Of a stretch of DNA of 64,000 nucleotides, positions 36,439 through 46,778 are shown piece after piece (the stretch's first letter is position 1; the number at the start of each line of letters is the position of its first letter). Made by a program: the position numbers and the translations under genes. The DNA lies in NCBI GenBank assembly GCA_963662465.1, contig OY759599.1:5088001-5152000 (forward strand). Direction: 5' to 3'. This DNA comes from Desulfatiglandales bacterium. Its GTDB lineage: Bacteria > Desulfobacterota > DSM-4660 > Desulfatiglandales > Desulfatiglandaceae. The notes under the pieces were generated by a model, which saw only the letters and a list, made by a program, of their open reading frames with translations, searched no databases and was not told where the DNA came from.

Positions 36439-37212
36439 CTACTTGCCGTCGCGCCCGATGGAAATGATTTCCGCCATGATGGCAACGGCGATTTCCTCGG
36501 GGGTTTCAGCGCCGATGTTCAGCCCGATGGGTGCATGGACCCGGTCCAGCAGTTCCTGTTCGATGCCCTGTTCCATCAACTCGGCGTAGACCTTGGCCTT
36601 CTTGGTTTTGCTCCCAATCATGCCCAGGTAGCGGGCCGGGGAACGGATCACGGCTGCAAGGGCCACGCCGTCCAGTTCATGCCCGCGGGTGACAATGACC
36701 ACATGGCACCAGGGGGTTAGGGAGAATTTTTTCAATGCCTCGGCCACGTCTCCCACGATGATCTCACGGGCATCGGGAAACCGTTCTTCATTGGCATATT
36801 CGCCCCGGTCGTCAAACACAATGACATCCATCCCCAGAAAGACCCCCAATTTTGACAGTTTCTGTCCCAGGTGGCCGGCGCCCACGATGAGCAATTGCTT
36901 TTTCCCGGCGATGACATCAATAAAAATATCGTTTTCCCCGCCGCAAACCCCCAGATGACCGAGATCCACTTCTTTCAATTTATACTGTACCAGTTGGGGG
37001 ACCCCCTTTTTCAGCGCTTTTTTTGCCTCTTCAATGACGCCGTTTTCCATGGCGCCCCCGCCGATGCTCCCCACAATGTGGCCATCGGGAAAAACCAGCA
37101 TCTTGGCGCCCATAGCGCGGGGGGTGGATCCGTGGGACCGAACGATGGTGGCCAGGGCAACGCTATCACCGGTCGCAAGGGTCTTTAACGCCGCTTCAAA
37201 AATATCAATCAT
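36439..37212 (-). CDS. xdhC: XdhC/CoxI family molybdenum hydroxylase maturation factor
   Basis: GSTPRAMGAKM, GSIGGG, CGG, IVTRGHELD, YLGMIGS, APIGLNIGAETPEEIA. Confidence 0.92.
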   Translation of the reverse strand: MIDIFEAALKTLATGDSVALATIVRSHGSTPRAMGAKMLVFPDGHIVGSIGGGAMENGVIEEAKKALKKGVPQLVQYKLKEVDLGHLGVCGGENDIFIDVIAGKKQLLIVGAGHLGQKLSKLGVFLGMDVIVFDDRGEYANEERFPDAREIIVGDVAEALKKFSLTPWCHVVIVTRGHELDGVALAAVIRSPARYLGMIGSKTKKAKVYAELMEQGIEQELLDRVHAPIGLNIGAETPEEIAVAIMAEIISIGRDGK

Positions 37213-37231
37213 AACGTCTGCCTCCTGTGAT

Positions 37232-37284
37232 GAGCTGTTAGCCGTTAGCTAACACTAACAGCTAACAGCTAATAGCTAACAGCT
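37232..37284. repeat. Inverted heptamer tandem array (TTAGCTG / CTAACAG)
   Basis: GAGCTGTTAGCCGTTAGCTAACACTAACAGCTAACAGCTAATAGCTAACAGCTC. Confidence 0.8.
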
Positions 37285-38076
37285 CTTAATCGCCATCAGA
37301 ACCGCTTCCAGCACACCCCCGCCGATGGCCAGGGCCTTATCGGAAATTGCCCAGCAACTTTCTCGAACATCTCTGGGGTCCACATCGCCGCTTTTGAGGC
37401 CTTTTTCAACAAATACGCCATCATGAAGCAAACCGCGCAGCATTCCGGAAATGGGCGCCGGAATGGGCGCATCATCCGCATAGGCAACAATGTCGCCTTT
37501 TTCAACGTGGTTGCCGATGGTAAGTACGCCCTTAAAAAGACCCGGTCCGGGCGCCCGGATGACGCGTTCCGTGCCGAATCCTTTTACTTCCCCTGGAATT
37601 CCGGTATTGGGAATGGCCGATCCTTCCCATATGGCCCGACCGAGAGTATGCCCCCGCTTGGTTTCAACTACCGCATGAACATCTTTTCCGGCTGTGAATC
37701 CAGGTCCCAGCCCGACCACAAAGGGCGCATCATCCATGCGGGTCCCGATGTTCTTCTTGGCCAGGATGGCGTCGATAACGGCAAAGGCTTTGATTTCCCC
37801 TACGATTTTTGCCTTGGGATCCACCAGAATGGGGATAATCCGTTCATCCATCATCTTCAGAATTTCCGCTTTGTCTCGTGCCCGCCGGGCCGTGATGCCT
37901 TCAACAGTGGTTTCCCCTTCATAGACCGCATCGGACAGTGACACTGTCCGGCGGACCGTCAGTGGATGCTCAATTTCGGTCATCATAACAGGAAAACCGC
38001 TTCGCCACAACCGTGCGGCAACACCCGTTGCCAAATCCCCCGCACCCTTGATGACGATTCTTTTTTGACTGAACAT
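37276..38076 (-). CDS. yqeB: Selenium-dependent molybdenum hydroxylase system protein YqeB
   Basis: IKGAGDLATGVA, VRRTVS, DAILAKKN, GLGPGF, ETKRGH, GDVDPR, ISDKALAIGGGVLEA. Confidence 0.9.
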   Translation of the reverse strand: MFSQKRIVIKGAGDLATGVAARLWRSGFPVMMTEIEHPLTVRRTVSLSDAVYEGETTVEGITARRARDKAEILKMMDERIIPILVDPKAKIVGEIKAFAVIDAILAKKNIGTRMDDAPFVVGLGPGFTAGKDVHAVVETKRGHTLGRAIWEGSAIPNTGIPGEVKGFGTERVIRAPGPGLFKGVLTIGNHVEKGDIVAYADDAPIPAPISGMLRGLLHDGVFVEKGLKSGDVDPRDVRESCWAISDKALAIGGGVLEAVLMAIKSC

Positions 38077-38218
38077 GTTTGAACCTCCCTTTCTTTGTAC
38101 CATAGCCTTAAATCTTAACCGTTACTTGTTTTCGTAATCGTTTACAGGGTGCCGTTATCAGGGTGCAGAAGACATCTTGCCCTCTGACAACTGCACCCTG
38201 CCCCCTGTAAACTGCTCC

Positions 38219-39265
38219 CTATTTCCCGAAAGAACACCGTGGAAAATGGCATTGCTCGCATTCCAGACACATCCCCCCATGGGCCATGGCAGCAAGGTCT
38301 TCCCTGGTAATTCGTTCTCCCGCCAGGACCCTGGGCAGAATGAGATCCAGCACCGTTGCGCGGAAAAAAAGCACGCAGGCCGGAAGGCCCAGGACGGGAA
38401 TATCCCCGAAATGCCCATACAAAAACATGGCCCCGGGAAGCACGGGCGTGCCGTAGACTACGTCTTCGGCCCCGGCTTCCGCAATGGCCACCCTCGTGAT
38501 ATCATCGGGATCAACGCTCATGCCGCCGGCCACCACAACCATTTCCGCGCCCTTTTGAAGGTGCTGGTTAATTTCAGCCACAATCCGCTCTTTGACGTCA
38601 GGGGCAAATGCGATTTCCATAACGCCGCAATCAAAGCTTTGAAGTTTCTTCCGAATGATGGGAGCGAATTTATCGTCGATGAGACCTGAAAACACCTCGC
38701 TTCCGGTAATGACAATGCCGGTGTTGGGGGTCAGGAAAGGTTTTACCGAAAAAAAGTTGTCCGTTTCTGCGGCAATCTTTTCCGCTTCTTTGAGATTTTT
38801 CTCGTCAATGATCAGGGGAATGGCCCGTACGCCGGCGATGATATCCCCCTGTTCCACCGGCGTGTTGGTGTGTCTGGACGAACAACTGATATCCGGCACC
38901 AGATTGATTTGGGTAAGTGCCGACACGTCAATTTTTAAAAGACCCCTGTGGGCCGCTTTCAGTTGAATTTTTCCCTCGGAAGGGTGTGGATCAAAGGTTA
39001 CCCCCTTTCCGGAGAGGGCATTCGCCAGGCGAAGGGCCGCGTCATCCTCGTGAACCTCTCCCGGTTCCAGGTGCAATACGTACAGGTGCTCCTTGCCGAC
39101 CCGTTTGAGGTGGGGCACATCCTCGTCCCGGATGATATGACCTTTTTTAAAGGCCGGGCCCTTGAATTGGCCGGGTCTGATCTCCGTGATATCGTGGGCC
39201 AGAATAGTTCCCACGGATTGGTCGACGGGAATGATGGTTGCTGAAGATTTGAATTTGTTTGCCAT
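38219..39265 (-). CDS. Molybdopterin-binding protein (MoeA-like)
   Basis: LAHDITEI...FKKGH; VHEDDAA; TGSEV; GGMSVDPDD; PVLPGAM; GGMCLECEQCHFPRCSFGK. Confidence 0.88.
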   Translation of the reverse strand: MANKFKSSATIIPVDQSVGTILAHDITEIRPGQFKGPAFKKGHIIRDEDVPHLKRVGKEHLYVLHLEPGEVHEDDAALRLANALSGKGVTFDPHPSEGKIQLKAAHRGLLKIDVSALTQINLVPDISCSSRHTNTPVEQGDIIAGVRAIPLIIDEKNLKEAEKIAAETDNFFSVKPFLTPNTGIVITGSEVFSGLIDDKFAPIIRKKLQSFDCGVMEIAFAPDVKERIVAEINQHLQKGAEMVVVAGGMSVDPDDITRVAIAEAGAEDVVYGTPVLPGAMFLYGHFGDIPVLGLPACVLFFRATVLDLILPRVLAGERITREDLAAMAHGGMCLECEQCHFPRCSFGK

Positions 39266-39295
39266 AACACGACTCCTTGTTTCTGTTGCCCGCTT

Positions 39296-40339
39296 TTAAC
39301 ACCCATGAAGGGCCCGAAGTTTGAGAATGCCATAAACAGAATCCTCCGGCGACAAGGAAAGGGCTTGCGCCTGTTCCGAGGTCATCTGGGCATGTAACCG
39401 TTGATTCGCCACCATGATTTCCACATGGGCCATTCCTCCCAGGTGTCTGATGTCCTTGATAAGACCCTGAAATCGGTTGACTTGAGGGCCTGGGGGTGGA
39501 TATGAAGAAATATAAACATGTCTGGGATGAATGGCCACCCTGTGAAAGGGTTTGCCGCCATCTTCCGGGACAAACAGCGACCTGCCGGCCCATTGCACAT
39601 GAACCAGGCCGTTTCCCAGGCTTTCCCGGTAACTACAGGAAAGGACGTTGGGTTTCTCCAGAAAACCGCATTCGGAGGCTTTCCCCTGAAGCATGATTTC
39701 CCGAATGTCGCCCACCTGTTCCAATTCACCCTCGGTCATGACCCCCATGCGATCCCCCAGGTCGCGAGCCTCTTCCAGGTTGTGGGTGACAAACAGCATG
39801 GTGGTTTTGAGTTCTGATTGAATCCGTTTGAGTTCGAGACGGAGGTAGCGCGCGGTTCGAAAATCAAGACTGCTGAAGGGTTCGTCCAGCAGCAGGACCT
39901 TCGGGGATGACACCAATGCCCTGGCCAGTGCCACCCGCTGTTTTTCTCCGCCGCTTAACGCTTCGGGCAGCCGTTCCGCCAGAAGCGACAGGTTAAAAAG
40001 TGCCAGTATTTGGAAAGCTCGTTTCTGTTTTTCCCCCTTGCTCAGCCTAAGTCTTTTAAGGGCCGTCAGAATATTTTTTTTCACGGACATATGCGGGAAG
40101 AGCAACAGATCCTGGAACAAATACCCGATATTTCGCTTGAAAGGGGGAAGATCGTTTACGCAATTTCCATCTACCAGAATTTGGCCTTCATGGGGAATGA
40201 GGCCTGCCACCATGTTGAGCAGGGTGGTTTTGCCGGCCCCTGACGGCCCCACCAGTACAAAGAGTTCTCCGTCCCAGATATCGATGGAAATCCCTTTGAT
40301 GATGCCGTTATGAACATTTTGGAGTGAAATTTCAGCCAT
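39296..40339 (-). CDS. modC: Molybdate/tungstate ABC transporter ATP-binding protein with TOBE domain
   Basis: GPSGAGKT, LSGGEKQR, LLLDEPF; follows modA-modB. Confidence 0.85.
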   Translation of the reverse strand: MAEISLQNVHNGIIKGISIDIWDGELFVLVGPSGAGKTTLLNMVAGLIPHEGQILVDGNCVNDLPPFKRNIGYLFQDLLLFPHMSVKKNILTALKRLRLSKGEKQKRAFQILALFNLSLLAERLPEALSGGEKQRVALARALVSSPKVLLLDEPFSSLDFRTARYLRLELKRIQSELKTTMLFVTHNLEEARDLGDRMGVMTEGELEQVGDIREIMLQGKASECGFLEKPNVLSCSYRESLGNGLVHVQWAGRSLFVPEDGGKPFHRVAIHPRHVYISSYPPPGPQVNRFQGLIKDIRHLGGMAHVEIMVANQRLHAQMTSEQAQALSLSPEDSVYGILKLRALHGC

Positions 40340-40344
40340 TGTCG

Positions 40345-41133
40345 CTACCGGGAAGGCAAAATTTCGCCCTGGGGCGCATGTCCGATCCACCGAAGGGCCA
40401 GCAGGAGTAGAAATCCCGTGGCCATGAGGACCCAGGCGCAGGAAAGGGCCGTGCCCAGTTCACCGCTGGAGATGTTCAAGTATACGGCGGTGGGCAGGGT
40501 TTCGGTCTTGAAACGGATGGCCCCCGCCACCATGAGTGTGGCGCCGAATTCCCCCATGGCCCGGGTCCATCCCAGAATGGTTCCCGCCAAAATCCCCTGC
40601 CGGGCCAATGGCAGGCTGATCTGAAAAAAAACCTGAGAAGGTCGCAGACCCAGGGTGGCCGCGGCCCATTCGTAGCGTTGCCCCAGCCTTTCGAAGGCGG
40701 CACGGGAGCTTCTCATGATAATGGGGCCGGCCACGAATGTCTGGGCCAGAACAGCGCCCCAAGGCGTGAACAGGATGTGGATGCCCCATTTTCCCAAGGC
40801 GCCTCCCAGCATATCTTGACCAAACAGGAAGAGAAGCCCAACGCCTGCGATCAGGGGGGTAATGACCAGGGGCAGGTCGAGAAAGGTATCCAGTATTGCC
40901 TTTCCGGGGAAAGACGTACGGGCCAGGAGATAGCCGGTGGGCACGCCCAGGAGCAGTGCCAGGAAAGTGGAAAAGAGGGAGGTCATCAAACTGAGGCGCA
41001 ATGCGAAATGGGTCTCTTCGGATGCCAGGGCCGTGATGATTTCCCTTGGCGACAGGCGGAAAAAGAGGGCAAACAGAACGGCGGCCGTGAAAAGGGTCAA
41101 TATCGCCAGCGGGAGTGCAAACACACGATTCAT
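40345..41133 (-). CDS. modB: Molybdate ABC transporter permease
   Basis: DLPLVITPLIAG, RAMGEFGAT. Confidence 0.88.
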   Translation of the reverse strand: MNRVFALPLAILTLFTAAVLFALFFRLSPREIITALASEETHFALRLSLMTSLFSTFLALLLGVPTGYLLARTSFPGKAILDTFLDLPLVITPLIAGVGLLFLFGQDMLGGALGKWGIHILFTPWGAVLAQTFVAGPIIMRSSRAAFERLGQRYEWAAATLGLRPSQVFFQISLPLARQGILAGTILGWTRAMGEFGATLMVAGAIRFKTETLPTAVYLNISSGELGTALSCAWVLMATGFLLLLALRWIGHAPQGEILPSR

Positions 41134-41933
41134 GGGGTCCCTTTTTCCGCGGCGGCCGTAGCCAGGGACAGAAAACCAAAGTGTTCAAACACGGCGAGAC
41201 TCTGCCCGGTTGCCATAAAATCACAGAATCGGGATGCCGCATCCAAGTGCTTTGTATTTTTCAATACGGCAATGGCAACGGTTTCGGGTTGAAAGTATTC
41301 AGCGGGGATTGGGACAATTTTAATCTGATCCCGAAATTGAAAAGCGTCGGCCCTCCCGATAATAGAGGCATCCACGTCTCCCTGGGCCACATACAGGGCC
41401 AGTTGCTTGACCGTTGCGCCATACACCACCACATTTTTGAGGATCAGCTCTTTCAAGGGAGAACGGGACAGAATTTTTTGGGCCACTCTCCCCAATGCCA
41501 TTGCCTTTGGGTCTCCCATGGCCAGACGGATTCCGGGTCTGGCCAGATCGTCAAAAGACTGGATCAGATTGGCTTTTTTGATATTGACGCCCACCACGGC
41601 AGTGTGGGCGACCAGGTTTTTAACGGCAACAATGCGCCCCATTTCTTGAAGTTTTTGGATGTAGAAAAAGGCGCCGGGCATGAACAGATCCCCCTGGCCC
41701 GATGCCAGGATGGACGACATGAGCTGGCCGCTGCCGGCATAGGTGACGCGCACCGTGTTCCCGGTCTCCTTTTGAAAAGTTTGAATCAACCGGTCCGTGG
41801 GCTGGCGGAGACCGGCCCCGGCGAAAAGGAGCAGGTCCGCTGAAATACCCATGGCGGCCCAGCCGAAAATAACGGTGAACAAGACGACTGAAATCAAGAT
41901 ACGTTTATGGATGAAGGATAATCGGTTGCTCAC
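41130..41933 (-). CDS. modA: Molybdate ABC transporter substrate-binding protein
   Basis: Signal peptide; FAGAGLR, YAGSGQL, GDLFMPG, GDPKAMALG, ATVKQL. Confidence 0.85.
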   Translation of the reverse strand: MSNRLSFIHKRILISVVLFTVIFGWAAMGISADLLLFAGAGLRQPTDRLIQTFQKETGNTVRVTYAGSGQLMSSILASGQGDLFMPGAFFYIQKLQEMGRIVAVKNLVAHTAVVGVNIKKANLIQSFDDLARPGIRLAMGDPKAMALGRVAQKILSRSPLKELILKNVVVYGATVKQLALYVAQGDVDASIIGRADAFQFRDQIKIVPIPAEYFQPETVAIAVLKNTKHLDAASRFCDFMATGQSLAVFEHFGFLSLATAAAEKGTP

Positions 41934-41942
41934 GGTGATCTC

Positions 41943-42668
41943 CTAGTGGCTGCAGGGGCAGAATCGTTCCCATCCCATCAAATGAGCGGCGCCCGCAATG
42001 GTGGTGCCGTAAAAAATGATCGGTTTTTTCCCCAGCAGCGGCGCAACGGAACCGTTGGCCAGGACCGTTCCCGTGGCCAGGATCAGGTCCGCCCAATTGA
42101 CGGCATCTTCCGTATGGTCGGCGCTTTCGATGGTCACCCCGAACTTCTGCGTGCCGATGTTGTCCGGGTCCATATCCAGCACCCGCAAGGGATGCATCGC
42201 ACCCAGGTTTTCCACCATTCGCGGTTGAAACCCCACGTGCGCAATCTTGGCGCCGCTGTAGCGGTCTTTCAGATAGGGGACCAGCACTTTTCCGCATTCG
42301 ACGGGTTCCTCGTCCCGACAGTGGATGGATCCCTCAATTCGACCCAGATGCCTGAGTACTGCATTGAGCGAGGCGACAAAGACGGCCCTTTGATGGTTAT
42401 TTTCCATGGGCAGATGCAGCACCTGTTCCAGGGTTCCCTCGTAATCGCCGTACATGTCCGTAAAAGCCTGGCCTCCGGCATCCATAAAGGTTGCTTGCAT
42501 GAGCTTTTCTTTCCCCTTCTGAATGGGGAAATCCTGATGTTCCGGATTGCCGATGGCTTCCTGAGTACTGAGGGCTCGGGCTCGGATTGAAATTCTTTCC
42601 GAGAGAAGCCCTTCCTCTTTCCACAAGTCAAAAACACGCCGTTTTAATTGTTCGTAAATATCATTCAT
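41943..42668 (-). CDS. Rossmann-like DUF364-type protein
   Basis: AIGNPEHQDFPIQKGKE, GQAFTD, ATGTVLANGS, FYGTTIAGAA. Confidence 0.7.
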   Translation of the reverse strand: MNDIYEQLKRRVFDLWKEEGLLSERISIRARALSTQEAIGNPEHQDFPIQKGKEKLMQATFMDAGGQAFTDMYGDYEGTLEQVLHLPMENNHQRAVFVASLNAVLRHLGRIEGSIHCRDEEPVECGKVLVPYLKDRYSGAKIAHVGFQPRMVENLGAMHPLRVLDMDPDNIGTQKFGVTIESADHTEDAVNWADLILATGTVLANGSVAPLLGKKPIIFYGTTIAGAAHLMGWERFCPCSH

Positions 42669-42679
42669 GATCTATTACC

Positions 42680-43201
42680 TCATTTGACAAATGAAATGGC
42701 ATCCTTCTTCAACCAGGCAAGCCATCCCGTAAGGGTGGAAATCCTGAAACCGTAAACCAGCCGATTGTAGTCGTCCTCTTCCTTTCGCCTCCTGGCCGTG
42801 AGTTTTTGTTTCACCTGTTCCAGCAGATCAATCTGTGCCTCTACCAGCGCATCTCCCCCCTGAATGCCGAGATTGCGAAAAAAGAAGAGCTTGGCCAGAA
42901 ATTCAATCCGCAGGTCTCGAACGTGATCCGTTGGGCTTTTCAGCCATTCGCGGAAATTCTTTTCGCCCTGGGGCAGGATGGAAAAAACCCGTTTGGAGGG
43001 GCGTGTGTCCTGGGTTTCCAAGGTTGAACCCATCAACCCTTCCTTGTCCAGACGTTTTAAGAGCGCGTACAGCTGGCTGGTACTGACACGCCAGGCCGGT
43101 CCCAGACCAGCCTCCAGAAATTGCAGGATCTCATAGCCGTGCCTGGGCCCCGACATCAACGCCCCCAGCAGAGCATACTCCGTGGCTGGTTTATCTTTCA
43201 T
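42680..43201 (-). CDS. PadR family transcriptional regulator
   Basis: LLGALMSGPRHGYEI...SQLYALLKRL...RPSKRVF. Confidence 0.9.
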   Translation of the reverse strand: MKDKPATEYALLGALMSGPRHGYEILQFLEAGLGPAWRVSTSQLYALLKRLDKEGLMGSTLETQDTRPSKRVFSILPQGEKNFREWLKSPTDHVRDLRIEFLAKLFFFRNLGIQGGDALVEAQIDLLEQVKQKLTARRRKEEDDYNRLVYGFRISTLTGWLAWLKKDAISFVK

Positions 43202-43397
43202 GGTGGGTCCCCTATACTTGCGGGTTACGGATCGAATTATTACAAAGGAGAATATTCTAATTTATTTTGTTTCGTCAAGGAAAAACTGTTGATATCGTGA
43301 ATGCTTACTCCGCAAGAGCATTGACTTTTGAATCAGATGATGCAGAATGTGACCCGGCCTTGCACTACAACCCATAACCCGGTGAGAAGAGAAAGAT

Positions 43398-44285
43398 ATG
43401 CGCATTGAACGGACTGGAAATATTGCCAAAGGGTTTTATGGACTGGGGCATTCGGCGGCGCCGGTGTTTCTGCTGGATGGTCCGGCGCCGGTCCTTTTTG
43501 ATGCGGGTTTTACCGGTCTTTCCCGCATATATGAACGAGAGATAAAAAATATTTTAGACTCACGGTCTCCCGCGTTTCTCTTCTTGACCCATGCTCACTG
43601 GGATCATGTGGGCGCCGCGGCCTACCTGAAACAAGTGTGGCCTGAAATGAAAATCGCGGGCTCCCAGGCATCTTCGGCAATTCTGGCCCGAACGGGCGCC
43701 ATTGCACGGATAAAGACGTTTAACCAGGGGGCTCTTGACGTTCTTCGCAGCTGGGGGATCTCGGAGATTTATGAAGGCGAGTTTAAACCCTTTGATTTTG
43801 ATCTTGTTTTAAACCATGCTCAGGTGATCAAGATTGATCAGAATGTGACGGTGGAAGCAATTCCCGCACCCGGCCACACATGGGACGGCATGGCCTATTG
43901 GATTCGGGAGAGAAAGATTCTGATTGCGGGAGAGGCAACCGGGTGCGACGGGGTTTGTGAATTTTCGGTGGATTATGAGGCTTATCTGGATTCTCTGATG
44001 ACCCTGTCCGCATTGGATGCACAAATATTGTGTATTGCGCACAGGTTGGTTTTCACCGGATCAGATGTGGCAAAACATATGACCCGATCCATCAATCAGG
44101 TGCCTGAATATGTGAACCGGGTGAAACAATACCTGAAGGAGGAAAAGGGCGATATAGACCGCGTCGTGGTCCGTGTCAAGGCGGCGGAATGGGACCCGAA
44201 GCCCTTGCCCAAACAACCGCTGGAAGCCTATTTGATGAACACGAAAACACGCGTGAAAACCGTCAAGCGGTGCATGGGGGCTTAG
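43398..44285 (+). CDS. MBL-fold metallo-hydrolase
   Basis: LTHAHWDHVG, PGHT, AH. Confidence 0.88.
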   Translation: MRIERTGNIAKGFYGLGHSAAPVFLLDGPAPVLFDAGFTGLSRIYEREIKNILDSRSPAFLFLTHAHWDHVGAAAYLKQVWPEMKIAGSQASSAILARTGAIARIKTFNQGALDVLRSWGISEIYEGEFKPFDFDLVLNHAQVIKIDQNVTVEAIPAPGHTWDGMAYWIRERKILIAGEATGCDGVCEFSVDYEAYLDSLMTLSALDAQILCIAHRLVFTGSDVAKHMTRSINQVPEYVNRVKQYLKEEKGDIDRVVVRVKAAEWDPKPLPKQPLEAYLMNTKTRVKTVKRCMGA

Positions 44286-46045
44286 TCTGTGTTGCCGGTC
44301 TTGACCGGCTTGATGGTGCAGAAAGACCAGCGGTTGCCGATACCGCCCACCGTGTTCACCCATCCCGTAAACCGATCCTCGCGAACCCCTTCGGCCAGTT
44401 TGGGTGTGTAAAGGGGCAACCAGGGCAAATCCTTCATGAGGATCTCCTGCATTTCCCAGATGAGTTGTTTTCGTTTTTCAAGGTCCATGGCATTGGCGCT
44501 GGCATCGGCGATTCGGTCGAAGCGGGGGTTGTTGTAACCGCTGGTATTCCATCCCTTTGGTTTGCTGTTTTTTGAAATGAAAAAATTCCTCAAATAGTCC
44601 GGATCCAGCGCAAGGTTTCCGTATCCCAGGACAAAGAGATCAAAATCATGGCGGGTTTTGACCTGCTGGATCAGGGAGCCCAGCGGCATGGGCTTGGAAG
44701 TGACGCGTATGCCCAGCATTTTCAACCATTCCTGAATCATGATGCCCACCATGGCCCTTTGGGGATCGTAATCCGCCGGGGGCGTCAGGATGGTGATCCT
44801 TTCCATGGGACTTCCGTCCGGCAGGCGGATTTCTTCTCCCTCCACAACCTTTCCTTCCGGCGTTACCGGCGGTTCTTCCCAGGTATAGCCCCCTTCCCTG
44901 AGAATTTCATGGGCCTTCCGAATCCTTTCCTCCCGGGTCAGGCCTTCTCCATATTTGGGGACATTGGGGTCATACCAGAAGGCGTTGCTGGAGGGAACAA
45001 TGGAATCCGCCTGCAGGGCGTATCCCTGAAGGATTCTTCTGACAATGAAATGTTTGTCCGTTGCAAGGGCCACGGCCGTTCTGAAGTGGATGTCATCAAA
45101 CGGCTTTCTTCTGAGGTTGAATCCCACATAATAGAGGGCGCTTTTTTCGCTGGTGTAAATCTTAACGTTTTTATCGGCTTCCAAATCCGACAGGTATCCC
45201 TGCTGCAATCCCCACCAGAACATGTCGATGCTCCCTTTGAGCAAGGCCAGAACCGCGGCGTCGCTGGTACCGAAAAATTTGAAGATGATGCCGTCAATAT
45301 GGGGCCCCAGAGGATAGCCTGCGATCTCTTTTCCCTGCCCGAAAAAATGTTCGTTTTTCTCAAGGAACACATAGGCTCCTCTTCGCCACTCCTTGAGGAC
45401 AAAAGGCCCACTGCTGATCGGAAAATCAATCTTCTGTTTGAGGACTTCCAGAAGCGGTTTTTCCAGGTTTTTCACCCGCTCCAGGATGGCTTCCCAGCAT
45501 TTTTTTTGAACGATGGGCGTGGTGAGGGTTCGGGACAGAAAAATGGCCTTGGGTTCTCTCAGGGTAAATCGGACCGTGCGTTTGTCCGGGGTTTCAATTT
45601 TTTGAACAAACTCCCAGTTGGATAAAAACCGGGGCACCTTCAGGGTTTTGATGAGTCGACCCGTAAAGGCCACATCTTCGGATGTCAGTTCGGACCCGTC
45701 GGACCATTTGGCGGGCCTGAGTTTGACGGTGTAAGTGAGGGTTTTCGGATCGTAAACCGGGGCATCTGCGGCCAGCCAGGGCGTCAGTTTCAGCTCTTTG
45801 GGTTCGCGAATATAGAGGGCCTGGTAGATCTGACTCAGGACCTTGTTGGACCAGGCATCGGTGGCCAGCCAGATGTTGAGGGTTTTGGGTTCCTCCAGCA
45901 GACCGATTTTAATGAAGTTTTTTGCGTGGGCGCTTGGAACCCGATGGATTGGGCAGATCAAACATCCCAGGAACAACAATAGACAGAGGGCCCGCGGGAT
46001 TCCAACATGATATGGACGCTTTGGTGCTTTTTTGGAATTGAGCAT
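44282..46045 (-). CDS. Family 5 (peptide/nickel) ABC substrate-binding protein, stand-alone
   Basis: PWLA, KWSDGSELTSEDVAFT, SGPFVLKEW, FNLRRKPFDD, YNNPRFD. Confidence 0.88.
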   Translation of the reverse strand: MLNSKKAPKRPYHVGIPRALCLLLFLGCLICPIHRVPSAHAKNFIKIGLLEEPKTLNIWLATDAWSNKVLSQIYQALYIREPKELKLTPWLAADAPVYDPKTLTYTVKLRPAKWSDGSELTSEDVAFTGRLIKTLKVPRFLSNWEFVQKIETPDKRTVRFTLREPKAIFLSRTLTTPIVQKKCWEAILERVKNLEKPLLEVLKQKIDFPISSGPFVLKEWRRGAYVFLEKNEHFFGQGKEIAGYPLGPHIDGIIFKFFGTSDAAVLALLKGSIDMFWWGLQQGYLSDLEADKNVKIYTSEKSALYYVGFNLRRKPFDDIHFRTAVALATDKHFIVRRILQGYALQADSIVPSSNAFWYDPNVPKYGEGLTREERIRKAHEILREGGYTWEEPPVTPEGKVVEGEEIRLPDGSPMERITILTPPADYDPQRAMVGIMIQEWLKMLGIRVTSKPMPLGSLIQQVKTRHDFDLFVLGYGNLALDPDYLRNFFISKNSKPKGWNTSGYNNPRFDRIADASANAMDLEKRKQLIWEMQEILMKDLPWLPLYTPKLAEGVREDRFTGWVNTVGGIGNRWSFCTIKPVKTGNTD

Positions 46046-46102
46046 TGGTTTCCTCCATTCTAATTTTGGGAAATCGTGTAATCGGTAAAAGGAATAACAT
46101 TC

Positions 46103-46765
46103 TTATGTGGTCAACAAAAAAGAGCCATCCGCCTCCCTTTCTACCTTAAGGCCGAACATGTGGATGGTCTCGGTCAAGGGACGTCCATAAAGAAGAGCCA
46201 GCTCTTGAGGATCAATGCCCAGTTTTTCACGGGTGAGCCGCCTGACATCCTGGTCATACTGAAGAATCTTCAGAATTTTTCCAAGAGCCGATTCCCCCCG
46301 TTGTTGGATCTGTTTGACATAATCGGAAATGGCCCGGTAATCGCAGGTTTTTTCGTGCGCCAAAATAAGGCGCCACAGGTTAACATCCCGGATCATATCT
46401 TTTCTGTTGGCTTTGGGTTCGGAAAAAACCTCGTTAAATGCGCTGTTGTCCCAGCAAGCAAAGGCACGGCATTGGCTGGGCCGATCAGCATAAATGGTGC
46501 AAGCCTTTTTGGCATTGTCATACAGAATGCACCCCTTGCCGTTTCGTTCCCCGATCTTTATCATTTCCTGGTCCGTGAACTTCAACCCATCATTGATATT
46601 GTCCCAAACCAGTTCACCTTTTCGAATGGTATAGAGATGAAGCCCTTCGACAACATGGTTGAAAAACAGGGGTAAATCCGTTTTCTGCAGGGTCGGGCCG
46701 GCGGCGAGGCAACATGCCCCACAACGGATACACTGTGTTCTTTCGGTATCAATTTGAGGTTCCAT
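46103..46765 (-). CDS. YkgJ family cysteine-cluster protein (CxxCxxCC)
   Basis: CIRCGACC, CILYD...CTIYADRPSQCRAFAC. Confidence 0.85.
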   Translation of the reverse strand: MEPQIDTERTQCIRCGACCLAAGPTLQKTDLPLFFNHVVEGLHLYTIRKGELVWDNINDGLKFTDQEMIKIGERNGKGCILYDNAKKACTIYADRPSQCRAFACWDNSAFNEVFSEPKANRKDMIRDVNLWRLILAHEKTCDYRAISDYVKQIQQRGESALGKILKILQYDQDVRRLTREKLGIDPQELALLYGRPLTETIHMFGLKVEREADGSFLLTT

Positions 46766-46778
46766 ATGTAAAGCAATC

